A DNA stretch of 64,000 nucleotides from Cyclobacteriaceae bacterium (lineage in GTDB: Bacteria > Bacteroidota > Bacteroidia > Cytophagales > Cyclobacteriaceae): positions 2,166,624-2,230,623 of the forward strand of contig OZ245731.1 of assembly GCA_965227155.1 (NCBI GenBank), read 5' to 3'. The stretch's first letter is position 1, and the number at the start of each line of letters is the position of its first letter. Shown here piece after piece: positions 29,354 to 37,819 of this stretch. The position numbers were made by a program, and so were the translations under genes. The notes beneath the pieces were generated by a model that did no database searches, was not told the origin of the DNA, and saw only the letters and a program-made list of their open reading frames with translations.

Positions 29354-29392
29354 AAGGATGAACCTTCCTATTTTTATAATCGTTTTTTCACC

Positions 29393-29563
29393 ATGATACA
29401 GGAAATATTTGTAGGCTTAATTTTTTTGATAGCAGTAGGCTACATTGGTAAGCTGGCATTTGGTGCCTTTAAAGGTGATTCAGGCTGTGCCAAAGGCTGT
29501 GATGGTGCCTGTAGCTCACTGGACGTAGAGCATATCGAGAAATCATACAAGTCCAAAGCCTGA
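29393..29563 (+). CDS. small Cys-rich membrane protein (resembles the FeoB-associated Cys-rich membrane protein family); not in the ORF track
   Basis: 56 aa: MIQEIFVGLIFLIAVGYIGKLAFGAFKGDSGCAKGCDGACSSLDVEHIEKSYKSKA. It has one N-terminal TM helix followed by a C-x3-C-x3-C cluster. The TGA at 29561-29563 abuts the radical SAM stop codon. Confidence 0.6.
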   Translation: MIQEIFVGLIFLIAVGYIGKLAFGAFKGDSGCAKGCDGACSSLDVEHIEKSYKSKA

Positions 29564-30613
29564 TTAGGCCCACACTTTAGTGCCTTCAGTGCAGTTTTTA
29601 CACATTTCTATATTGCTTCTTGAATGAAAAAGCGTTTTCCTGAATGCCTGGTAGGGTTCACTATTCCATAATTCTTTGAAACTTTGTTCCTGCAGATTGC
29701 CCATGGCATGATGAGCATCTTTATCAAAGCAGCAGGGCACAACCTGACCGTCCCAGGTGATGACACAGCTATGCCACATCTTCCAGCAGTGGTCCAGCAG
29801 CTGGTTTTTGATACGATATGTACCATCCCCATTGGCAGCATACCTGGAGTATTTATCCTGGCTGGGAATCAGGGGGTTGCCATTCTGGTAATCATAAATT
29901 TGTGCTGTTTTTAATTTGACTTCATCTACACCGAGCTGCCTGGCTAATGCAAATACCTCATCGATCTGATGTTCATTGGGTTTGACGACCAGAAATTGGA
30001 ATATCACATGAGGCGTATGAGATTGCAGCCGTTTTTTGGCTGCTATTATATTTTTTGTGCCTTCAATTACTGTATCCAGCTTGCCATCTACGCGATAGCT
30101 TTCATAGGTGGATTGGCTTGTGCCATCTATGGATATGATCATCCGATCCAGTCCGGACCTGACGGTAGCTTCGGAAACACTGGGTGAAAGAAAATGACCA
30201 TTGGTAGAGGTGGCTGTGTAAATTCCATTTTTGTGCGCATAAGCCACCATATCAAGAAAGCTCTTGTGCAGAAATGGCTCGCCTTGAAAGTAAAAAGTAA
30301 GATAAGTGAGCGTATCCTTTAGGTCATCAATGATTTTTTGAAATAAGGCCACATTAAGCGTGCCGGTAGGCCTTGTAAATGACCTAAGTCCACTGGGGCA
30401 TTCGGGGCACCTTAAGTTACAAGCGGTAGTGGGTTCTATCGCTATGCTGATAGGCAGCGCAGGATGATGTGTCGCTTTGGTGTATTTTGACTTCAGATAG
30501 CTGACTAGATTATGCACTGCATTCAATACCCTTGGAGGCGTGAGCTTACGTGTATAATTAAGGCTATCGTGGAAATGTAAAGACACTGCGAGCTGATCAA
30601 TTAACGTTTCCAT
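29564..30613 (-). CDS. radical SAM / SPASM-domain protein
   Basis: The CNLRCPEC (C-x3-C-x2-C) cluster and a C-terminal SPASM-like Cys pattern (VITWDGQVVPCCFD...GN...MCKNC). Confidence 0.88.
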   Translation of the reverse strand: METLIDQLAVSLHFHDSLNYTRKLTPPRVLNAVHNLVSYLKSKYTKATHHPALPISIAIEPTTACNLRCPECPSGLRSFTRPTGTLNVALFQKIIDDLKDTLTYLTFYFQGEPFLHKSFLDMVAYAHKNGIYTATSTNGHFLSPSVSEATVRSGLDRMIISIDGTSQSTYESYRVDGKLDTVIEGTKNIIAAKKRLQSHTPHVIFQFLVVKPNEHQIDEVFALARQLGVDEVKLKTAQIYDYQNGNPLIPSQDKYSRYAANGDGTYRIKNQLLDHCWKMWHSCVITWDGQVVPCCFDKDAHHAMGNLQEQSFKELWNSEPYQAFRKTLFHSRSNIEMCKNCTEGTKVWA

Positions 30614-30726
30614 CAAAAATAGAAAAATACAGGGAGGCCTTACCTCATTTCCTGGTTTATCAATAATTTAAAATGATGGCTTTTTTGTCCGGTTAAAAGC
30701 TACAGAACCCATAAATTGCCACTGCT

Positions 30727-31902
30727 ATGAAAAAAGCTGCTCTATTTTTACTATTGCTGACTTCTGCCACACTGCTTTTGGGGCAAAGGCTAAGCCCTCA
30801 ATCGCGCATTAGCGTACTTACCATGGGGCCCACACAATCTGAGCTTTATGCAGCTTTCGGCCATAGCGGTATCCGAGTTACCGATCCATTATCACGGCTG
30901 GATGTAGTGTATAACTATGGCATATTTGATTTCGACCAGCCCAATTTTTACCTGAATTTTGCCAAAGGCAAATTGCTTTATAAACTGGGAAAGCAGCCGT
31001 ACGACCGTACTAAGCTGTATTACGAATACAATAATCGATCGATAACTGAGCAGATTTTAAACCTGACGCAGGCAGAGCGGCAACAGCTTTTCGCCTACCT
31101 TGAAAATAATGCATTGCCTGAGAACAGGGACTATTATTATAATTATGTCTATGACAATTGCGCTACCAAAATCCGTGATGTTTTGGATGAGGTTTTTCCC
31201 GGTAGAATCACTTACAGTACGCAATACATGGATGAGCCACTTACTTTTCGTCAGTTGATGGATATTTACCTGGGCGACCAGCCCTGGGGGGATGTGGGCA
31301 TTGACCTTTGCCTGGGCTTGCAGATAGACCAGGTAGCACCGGCTCGAGACTATATGTTCTTGCCTGATTATGTACTTCTGGCCCTACAGGAGGCAACCAT
31401 TGAAAGAAATGGGGAGACAGTAAAGCTGGTTGCTGATCAGGTTGACGTATATCGGGCAGAGCCGCAGCCATCGCAAAGCTCATGGCTTACTCCCACGACC
31501 TTATTTGTATTGCTATTTTTTCTTTTCGGGGTGCTTTCACACCGGGAACTCAAGTATGGGCTGTGGTACAAAGGTGTGGATGTAATGCTACTTTTAATTA
31601 CAGGATTGATTGGAGTTCTACTCCTTTTCTTATGGTTTGGTACCGACCACATGTCACTTTACAATTTCAACTTGCTCTGGGCCATCCCTTTTAACCTAAT
31701 CGCAGTAGCTCTCTTGTTTTTGAATAAATCTGCACTCAGGTTCAAGATGTATTTTTTAGTGGTGGGCGTTATTCAAATAGCCTTAATTCTGGGATGGGGA
31801 TTTTTGCCACAGCAATTGAATATGGCATTCCTACCGCTGGTTTTGACTATGGCTCTAAGAAGTCTATTGCTCTATTACAGGTTACCAGGGCTTTTCAAAT
31901 AA
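30727..31902 (+). CDS. DUF4105-domain membrane protein
   Basis: Signal peptide, then MGPTQSELYAAFGHSGIRV...GIFDFDQPNFYLNFAKGKL (DUF4105 pattern) and C-terminal TM helices. Confidence 0.8.
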   Translation: MKKAALFLLLLTSATLLLGQRLSPQSRISVLTMGPTQSELYAAFGHSGIRVTDPLSRLDVVYNYGIFDFDQPNFYLNFAKGKLLYKLGKQPYDRTKLYYEYNNRSITEQILNLTQAERQQLFAYLENNALPENRDYYYNYVYDNCATKIRDVLDEVFPGRITYSTQYMDEPLTFRQLMDIYLGDQPWGDVGIDLCLGLQIDQVAPARDYMFLPDYVLLALQEATIERNGETVKLVADQVDVYRAEPQPSQSSWLTPTTLFVLLFFLFGVLSHRELKYGLWYKGVDVMLLLITGLIGVLLLFLWFGTDHMSLYNFNLLWAIPFNLIAVALLFLNKSALRFKMYFLVVGVIQIALILGWGFLPQQLNMAFLPLVLTMALRSLLLYYRLPGLFK

Positions 31903-31933
31903 GCTTTGAATAAAAAAAACTAGAAATCCTTTA

Positions 31934-32338
31934 TTACCTGAAAATCTGTCTGAATAATTTTTTAGCAACAGGAAAAGTAAGTATTAAAATAGTTACACTG
32001 CACGCAAGTACCACTCCTGCCTGGTAGAACAAGCGCCCGTGATCTTCCATGACTTCAATACCAAGAAGCGTCATATGAAAAGTGATAGCCCCTGTCATAA
32101 GAGCAATCCCGAAAATGGCACCCATCCAGCTGTAGCGGGGCGTTAACATTAGAATTGCGGTGACCAATTCAAATATGCCAACCAATACCCGGCCTGCGGG
32201 CTCCACACCAATGAGATTAAAAATATAAACAGACTCAGGCGTAGCGATAAACTTAGAAAGTAGTGATTTCACCAATATAATGGCAGCAATAGCTTGCAAT
32301 ATCCATGCAATTACATTCCTGGTCTTGCTCAATGTCAT
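31934..32338 (-). CDS. DoxX-family membrane protein
   Basis: 134 aa, 4 TM, with DoxX-like sequence. Confidence 0.8.
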   Translation of the reverse strand: MTLSKTRNVIAWILQAIAAIILVKSLLSKFIATPESVYIFNLIGVEPAGRVLVGIFELVTAILMLTPRYSWMGAIFGIALMTGAITFHMTLLGIEVMEDHGRLFYQAGVVLACSVTILILTFPVAKKLFRQIFR

Positions 32339-32402
32339 ATGCCCATGAATTTAAGATTCTATTGATGACTTTGCTAGAATATTATGATTAAGCTGAGCAA
32401 GC

Positions 32403-32879
32403 TTAGGCGCTTTCTATATCGTTTATCATGTCCCATACGATATTTGGCTCATATCCTTTTCTCATAACAGATTGGGCCACTTTATTTTTCCTGATATAAG
32501 GCTCTGCCCCTTCCAAAGACTCCCATTTCTTGATGACCAGAGATTTGATTTTTGACCTGTATTCTTCGCTATTTATTTCTTTCAATGCCGCCTCAATAAT
32601 TGTAGGCGAGAGCGATTTCTGTGTGAGAGCTAACTTGATTTTAGCCTTGCCCCAATGGTTTAAATTGAATTTCCCACGTGCATAGGCGTTGGCAAATCGT
32701 TGGTCATCAATGAATTTCTCAATGATTAAAAACTGCATCACCTGTTCTGTTTGTGCTGCATTGCATCCTAGTGACTCCAGCTTGGTGTAAGCCTCGCCAC
32801 TGCATCTTTCCCTATAGGCGCAGTAGCGCGCTAGTTTTTGCTTGATTTCTTTTAACTGGATGTCTTCATGCAGCGCCAC
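32403..32879 (-). CDS. recX: regulatory protein RecX
   Basis: 158 aa of helical repeats; ...CAYRERCSGE...FIDDQRFANAYARGK... matches the RecX pattern. Confidence 0.85.
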   Translation of the reverse strand: MALHEDIQLKEIKQKLARYCAYRERCSGEAYTKLESLGCNAAQTEQVMQFLIIEKFIDDQRFANAYARGKFNLNHWGKAKIKLALTQKSLSPTIIEAALKEINSEEYRSKIKSLVIKKWESLEGAEPYIRKNKVAQSVMRKGYEPNIVWDMINDIESA

Positions 32880-32881
32880 AA

Positions 32882-33355
32882 CTATTTTATTAGACCTTTA
32901 CGCTTCAGGATCGTTTCGATGAACTTGATTTCATTCTCCGTTTTGAAAAGCTTAAATGGGAAATGTATCAATTGAGCTTTGCTCATGATCAACAGAAAAT
33001 GATCCTTACCTTTTCGCGCCCTTTTGATCTGATCCCATTTCAGCGGCATGCCCTGCTTGGTATTTAGTTTGATTAAGATTTGCTGGCTTGTGATTTCATA
33101 AGAAAGCTTTTCAAACATAAACTTGCCCTGCTCCAGTTGTGTAACTCCACCAAACTGAATGAGCCAAAAAAGTAAATATAGAATCAGAGCTATCACAGCA
33201 CCTATGATCCACCAGATATTAGGTATAAAAAAATACCCCGAGCAGATGGCTAAAAATATCAGTCCTACCCACCATTGTTCTCTCAGTATATTGCCGAAAG
33301 CAAGTTTGATATAGGTGCCGGTAGGCAATTGGTATTTTTTTGTTTTTATAATCAT
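32882..33355 (-). CDS. YcxB-like two-TM membrane protein
   Basis: Two central TM helices followed by a PH-like C-terminal region; weak family recognition. Confidence 0.6.
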   Translation of the reverse strand: MIIKTKKYQLPTGTYIKLAFGNILREQWWVGLIFLAICSGYFFIPNIWWIIGAVIALILYLLFWLIQFGGVTQLEQGKFMFEKLSYEITSQQILIKLNTKQGMPLKWDQIKRARKGKDHFLLIMSKAQLIHFPFKLFKTENEIKFIETILKRKGLIK

Positions 33356-34221
33356 TATTCTCCTTTTATCGCTTTTAAACTTAAATCAAGACTTTTATAT
33401 GAGTGGGTAAGTGCGCCCACCGAAATGAAATCCACACCCGTTTCTGCCACTGCCACTATGGTTTCTTCAGTAATACCGCCAGATGCCTCTACCTTACATT
33501 GGCCATTGATCAATGCCACTGCATCTTTCATCGTAGCAGGAGACATATTATCCAGCATGATGATATCCACGCCACCAATGGCAAGCACTTTTGCTACCTC
33601 TTCAAGGTTTCTTGTTTCCACTTCAATCTTTATGGTGAGGTTTTGCTCTTTTACATATGCTTTGCTGGACTTTATGGCCTTTTCAAGCCCACCGGCAAAA
33701 TCAATGTGATTGTCTTTTAGCATAATAAGATCATAGAGGCCAAACCGGTGATTTCTGCCACCTCCTATATGCACGGCCCATTTTTCTGCCATGCGAAAGC
33801 AAGGGGTGGTTTTACGGGTATCCAGCAAAACAGCTCCGGTATGGCTGATCATATCAGTGAAATGCCTGGTTTTGGTTGCAATGCCACTCATGCGCTGCAT
33901 GCAGTTTAAAACCAACCGCTCTGCCAACAAAATTGATCTCACAGCACCGGCAACCTCAAAGGCGATACCACCTTTTTTGACCATATCCCCATCCGAGTGA
34001 TACACTTCCAACTGTAATGAAGGATCGATATGATTAAAAATGGCCCTGGCGAGTTCAATTCCTGCAATTACGCCATTATCCTTTACCAGAAGCCTGGCTT
34101 TATGCTTTTTTTCGGCTGGAATTGAAGATAGGGATGAATGATCCCCACTGCCCTGATCTTCCAATAAAGCACTGGTTATAAAAGCGTTAATATTTTCCTC
34201 TGTGACGTATTGCGGATTCAC
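33355..34221 (-). CDS. nadC: nicotinate-nucleotide diphosphorylase (carboxylating) / quinolinate phosphoribosyltransferase
   Basis: The LLDTRKTTP and IMLDNM motifs. GTG start preceded by TAatTTTG (34226-34233, minus strand) at a 4-nt distance. Confidence 0.95.
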   Translation of the reverse strand: MNPQYVTEENINAFITSALLEDQGSGDHSSLSSIPAEKKHKARLLVKDNGVIAGIELARAIFNHIDPSLQLEVYHSDGDMVKKGGIAFEVAGAVRSILLAERLVLNCMQRMSGIATKTRHFTDMISHTGAVLLDTRKTTPCFRMAEKWAVHIGGGRNHRFGLYDLIMLKDNHIDFAGGLEKAIKSSKAYVKEQNLTIKIEVETRNLEEVAKVLAIGGVDIIMLDNMSPATMKDAVALINGQCKVEASGGITEETIVAVAETGVDFISVGALTHSYKSLDLSLKAIKGE

Positions 34222-34316
34222 GGCGCAAAATTATCAAAGACAGACCAAGCATCTGTGTTTTTTGCTTTGAATGTTGACCGCTTAAGCTGGGAAAAGCAAA
34301 ATAAAGAGGTAGAAAA

Positions 34317-34718
34317 TTATTCTTTGTTGAGATTAAAAGTGTCTACGGCATACACATCATCAAATTTTTTGATGAACATGACAACCCGATAGCTTCCGCC
34401 CTTATGTGTGAGCTTGCCTATGGTATAGCTTAGCCCTTCCTTGGAGGCACCTTCATGGATATACTCAAAATCTTCAGCCGTGTTTTTCTGGAAAAACTCT
34501 CGCAAAACAACTTCCGCCTGCGTACGACTGTAGTTGGATCGTTCTCCATCAATATTTATTTCCACCACATTGTGAAAATACTTAACCAACTCTCTTGATG
34601 ATCCGGCTTTCATGGCCGCACTCACATTCTGCAATAGGTCTTCCTGACCTAAAGCCGAAGCTGACATCATCAGCATCAAAACCCAAACGATTATTGCTCT
34701 TACCACAGGCATTTCCAT
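34317..34718 (-). CDS. DUF4783-domain secreted protein
   Basis: Signal peptide, then ...YSRTQAEVVLREFFQKN...FEYIHEGAS...YTIGKL...YRV, typical of DUF4783. Confidence 0.75.
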   Translation of the reverse strand: MEMPVVRAIIVWVLMLMMSASALGQEDLLQNVSAAMKAGSSRELVKYFHNVVEINIDGERSNYSRTQAEVVLREFFQKNTAEDFEYIHEGASKEGLSYTIGKLTHKGGSYRVVMFIKKFDDVYAVDTFNLNKE

Positions 34719-34811
34719 CTCATAAATTATGCCACAAACACTTTTTTCAACATATCAGGCCAATGAAAATAACACAAGCCGCTATCAGTTACAAACTCCC
34801 TGCCTAATATT

Positions 34812-34819
34812 TATATTTG
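34812..34819 (+). promoter_or_regulatory. -7 promoter box TAtaTTTG, 4 nt from the gpmI ATG
   Basis: TAnnTTTG followed by CCTA and then ATG 34824. Confidence 0.45.
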
Positions 34820-34823
34820 CCTA

Positions 34824-36344
34824 ATGAGCAAGAAAGTAATATTAATGATCCTGGATGGCTGGGGGATTGCCACAAATCCTGAAGTTTCGGCAACTAATAA
34901 AGCAAATACTCCATTCATCGATAGTTTATACGACAAATATCCTCACAGCAAGCTTGAGGCTTCCGGTCTGGCAGTTGGTCTGCCTGAAGGACAAATGGGC
35001 AACTCGGAAGTAGGACATATGAACCTGGGCGCCGGCAGGGTTGTATATCAGGATCTTGTAAAGCTCAACAAGGCGGTTGAAGAGAATACCCTAGGAGATA
35101 ATCAAGTGCTCTCAGAGGGTTTGCAATATGCTAAAGAGCACGGCAAAAAGGTGCATTTTATTGGCCTTGTATCTGATGGCGGGGTTCACTCCCATATCAA
35201 ACATCTCAAAGGTTTGTGCAGCCTGGCAAGTGATTATGGCCTTCAAGATGTTTTTGTGCATGCTTTCACCGATGGGCGAGACTGTGATCCCAAAAGTGGA
35301 CTTGACTTTCTCAAGGATATAGAAGCGCATCTAAAGGATTCTACAGGTCAGATTGCTTCGATCATAGGCCGCTACTTTGCAATGGATAGAGACAAAAGAT
35401 GGGAGCGGGTAAAGCTGGCTTATGATGCAATGGTGCATGGGAAAGGAAGCAAAACCAGTAATTGGCAACAGGCAGTGCAGCAGTCTTATGACGATAATGT
35501 GACGGATGAATTTATTAAGCCCATTATTGTAACTAATGATGATGGTAGCCCTAAAGCTATGATCGAAAATGGAGATGTGGTCATGTGCTTCAATTTCAGA
35601 ACAGACAGAGGTCGCCAAATATCTCAGGCATTGACACAGCAGGATTTTCCTGAGCATGGAATGAAAAAGCTGGATTTGTATTACATGACCATGGCGCGCT
35701 ATGACGATACTTTCAAGAATGTGAAAGTAGTTTTTGAAAAGGATAACCTCACCAACACCTTAGGTGAAGTACTCAGCGCCAATGGTAAAAAGCAAATCAG
35801 GATAGCAGAAACAGAAAAATATCCCCACGTTACTTTCTTCTTCTCAGGGGGTAAAGAAGATGAGTTTGAAGGTGAAAAGCGTATTCTTTGTCCTTCGCCA
35901 AAGGTTGCTACTTACGATCTGCAACCGGAGATGAGTGCCCACGATATAAAAGATAGCATCATCCCTGAGCTTAGAAAAAAGGAGGTAGATTTTGTGTGCC
36001 TCAATTTTGCCAATCCGGACATGGTTGGTCATACAGGTGTATTTGAAGCGGCTGTAAAAGCTTGCGAAACTGTAGATCAATGTGCTGAATCTGTAGTGGG
36101 TGCGGCTCTTGAAAATGGCTACACCACCATCATCATTGCTGACCATGGTAATTCTGATATTATGGTCAACCCCGATGGGTCGCCAAATACAGCTCATACT
36201 ACCAATTTGGTGCCTTGTATCGTGGTAGGGCCGGATGTAAGCGGTCCTGTGAAAGATGGAAAGCTTGGCGATTTGGCTCCTACGATTTTGAAGCTCATAG
36301 GTGTTCCTCAACCCAAAGAAATGACTGGAGAGGTTTTGCTATGA
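34824..36344 (+). CDS. gpmI: 2,3-bisphosphoglycerate-independent phosphoglycerate mutase
   Basis: 506 aa with LMILDGWG, NSEVGHMNLGAGR and ADHGN motifs. Confidence 0.96.
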   Translation: MSKKVILMILDGWGIATNPEVSATNKANTPFIDSLYDKYPHSKLEASGLAVGLPEGQMGNSEVGHMNLGAGRVVYQDLVKLNKAVEENTLGDNQVLSEGLQYAKEHGKKVHFIGLVSDGGVHSHIKHLKGLCSLASDYGLQDVFVHAFTDGRDCDPKSGLDFLKDIEAHLKDSTGQIASIIGRYFAMDRDKRWERVKLAYDAMVHGKGSKTSNWQQAVQQSYDDNVTDEFIKPIIVTNDDGSPKAMIENGDVVMCFNFRTDRGRQISQALTQQDFPEHGMKKLDLYYMTMARYDDTFKNVKVVFEKDNLTNTLGEVLSANGKKQIRIAETEKYPHVTFFFSGGKEDEFEGEKRILCPSPKVATYDLQPEMSAHDIKDSIIPELRKKEVDFVCLNFANPDMVGHTGVFEAAVKACETVDQCAESVVGAALENGYTTIIIADHGNSDIMVNPDGSPNTAHTTNLVPCIVVGPDVSGPVKDGKLGDLAPTILKLIGVPQPKEMTGEVLL

Positions 36345-36892
36345 GCATACGTATTTTGAGCATCATTCTTCTTTTCTCGGTGATTGGCTGTGAGCAGTAT
36401 ACCGAGGTAAAGAGCACACCCTATTTTAAACTTGATTCACTGCTTACAGCGCAGGTAGATCAGCTTTCACAAAGAAATGTTACCCTGAAGAAAAAGGCCA
36501 TGGTGAATGGCGAGGTGGAGGAGGAAACGCTGGAAGCCGATAGCTCCTTGTGGGCTGAGGAGTTAGCGATTTTTAGGGAGCTTGATCTGAATAAACCGGG
36601 TACGCTCAATGCCTATGAAGTGAGCAAGAGTAATTCAAGGATTGTTTACAACCTAAAACCGGAAGAAAAACAATCGGGTGTTATTTCCATGGAAATCGAG
36701 CTTGAAGGTGGTGTTCCGGCAAAATTGGAAGCGGAATTTGTAGAGGACAATAACCTCTACACCAGCAACCGGAAATACCTTTTGACCTTTAGCAATCAGG
36801 CTGCTTTGAAGTCTTATAAAATCACAGGCAGGCAGAAAGTTGCCTTTGGTGACTGGGTGGATTACGAAGTGGAGGGGGAAATCGTAAAATAG
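36341..36892 (+). CDS. lipoprotein of unknown function
   Basis: MSIRILSIILLFSVIGC lipobox. The ATG overlaps the gpmI stop (ATGA). The track's longer ORF (36215) would overlap gpmI by 130 nt. Confidence 0.7.
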   Translation: MSIRILSIILLFSVIGCEQYTEVKSTPYFKLDSLLTAQVDQLSQRNVTLKKKAMVNGEVEEETLEADSSLWAEELAIFRELDLNKPGTLNAYEVSKSNSRIVYNLKPEEKQSGVISMEIELEGGVPAKLEAEFVEDNNLYTSNRKYLLTFSNQAALKSYKITGRQKVAFGDWVDYEVEGEIVK

Positions 36893-36908
36893 AAGATTTG
36901 AAAAAATG

Positions 36909-36983
36909 TAGGAAGTACCGGACTCGAACCGGTGGCCCCCGCCCTGTCAAGGCGATGCTCTGAACCAACTGAGCTAACTTCCT
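36909..36983 (-). tRNA. tRNA-Val (anticodon GAC)
   Basis: Hand-folded cloverleaf: acceptor AGGAAGT/ACTTCCT, D stem GCTC/GAGC, anticodon stem TCGCC/GGCGG with loop TTGACAG, and T arm ACCGG-TTCGAGT-CCGGT. 75 nt, with no encoded CCA. A TAtaTTTG box lies at 37027-37034 on the same strand. Confidence 0.92.
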
Positions 36984-37049
36984 ATATGGACATTAAGCGT
37001 AAATCGCTAATCCGAATATCCTTTCACAAATATAAAGTGGAATAGGAAA

Positions 37050-37184
37050 CTAACAGTGGGTAAGGAATAATTTCAGTGCTTTGAAAAGAGGCTCTTGAAA
37101 AAGGGCTATCAGGCTAACGACCACTCCTGCTGCAATGATTAGAGCTGCAGGCCGGCTTTTTTTAACCATATTTTTTGATTTCAT
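37050..37184 (-). CDS. possible 44-aa single-TM peptide
   Basis: MKSKNMVKKSRPAALIIAAGVVVSLIALFQEPLFKALKLFLTHC. It is an ORF only, with no family recognised. Confidence 0.3.
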   Translation of the reverse strand: MKSKNMVKKSRPAALIIAAGVVVSLIALFQEPLFKALKLFLTHC

Positions 37185-37298
37185 TGGGCTTATTAGTTAG
37201 GCATAGGAGAAACAAAATCATTATTAATTCCCCCTACAGTCCTAATGCTGTTTTTTTAGAAAAAGTTGCCAGGGCCCATCCCAGACCCTGACTTGTCA

Positions 37299-37676
37299 TT
37301 AATGTGCTACAGTTCCTTTTACCGAAAGATTTATAGCCTGATCCGAGAGATCAGTATAAACCTTGATCGTTTTATGGAACGAACCGGGTTTAGCGGCATT
37401 ATAGACGGCATTTACCAAACCAATCTCTCCGGGTTTTATGGTGGAAGTGGTGTAATCCGTAACCGTACAGCCGCACGAGGATTGTACATTCACTATCCGA
37501 ACATCCTGATCCGATTCATTGATAAAAGAGAAAGTGGCTGTGGCAGGCACATTCTTTTCGATTTGACCAAAATCGTGGTTTAATTTTTCCCAAATGATTT
37601 TTTCGTTGGAATTACTGGCATTGGATAAGCCAGCTACTAAGATCAAAAGGGTGATAGATACTAAAAGATTTTTCAT
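37299..37676 (-). CDS. DUF1573-domain secreted protein
   Basis: Signal peptide MKNLLVSITLLILVAGLSNA, then HDFGQI...SSCGCT, the DUF1573 hallmark. The ATG at 37676 is preferred over the track's TTG at 37715. Confidence 0.85.
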   Translation of the reverse strand: MKNLLVSITLLILVAGLSNASNSNEKIIWEKLNHDFGQIEKNVPATATFSFINESDQDVRIVNVQSSCGCTVTDYTTSTIKPGEIGLVNAVYNAAKPGSFHKTIKVYTDLSDQAINLSVKGTVAH

Positions 37677-37742
37677 TGTCATTAAATTTTTATAAAACAT
37701 TGATTTAAATCCCAAAGCTTATGTGCTCTTGTACAAAACCCT

Positions 37743-37780
37743 GTTAATGAATTCCTAACAATTGTTAATGACTTGTTAAA
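37743..37780 (+). promoter_or_regulatory. phased direct repeats GTTAAT / CCTAAC / GTTAAT / GTTAAA (candidate OmpR-family regulator binding array)
   Basis: Hexamers start at 37743, 37754, 37764 and 37775 (spacing 11, 10, 11 nt), in the divergent region between the DUF1573 gene and kinase 1. The last repeat is 33 nt upstream of the -7-like box TAATTTTA (37808-37815). Confidence 0.5.
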
Positions 37781-37819
37781 GGTTTCAGAAAGCATAGTTT
37801 TTACGCTTAATTTTAGCGC

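Noticed and set aside
33275-33709. 144-aa plus-strand ORF overlapping nadC
   Set aside because: It is antisense to nadC, and its Ser/Thr/Ala-rich translation is typical of a shadow ORF.
36215-36340. Upstream extension of the lipoprotein ORF as given in the track
   Set aside because: The extension lies inside gpmI in another frame. An ATG at 36341 gives a clean lipoprotein signal peptide and an ATGA overlap with the gpmI stop.
36909-37298. tRNA-Val as an integration hotspot for a genomic island
   Set aside because: No integrase is present, there is no direct repeat of the tRNA 3' end nearby, and the flanking genes look like ordinary core genes.
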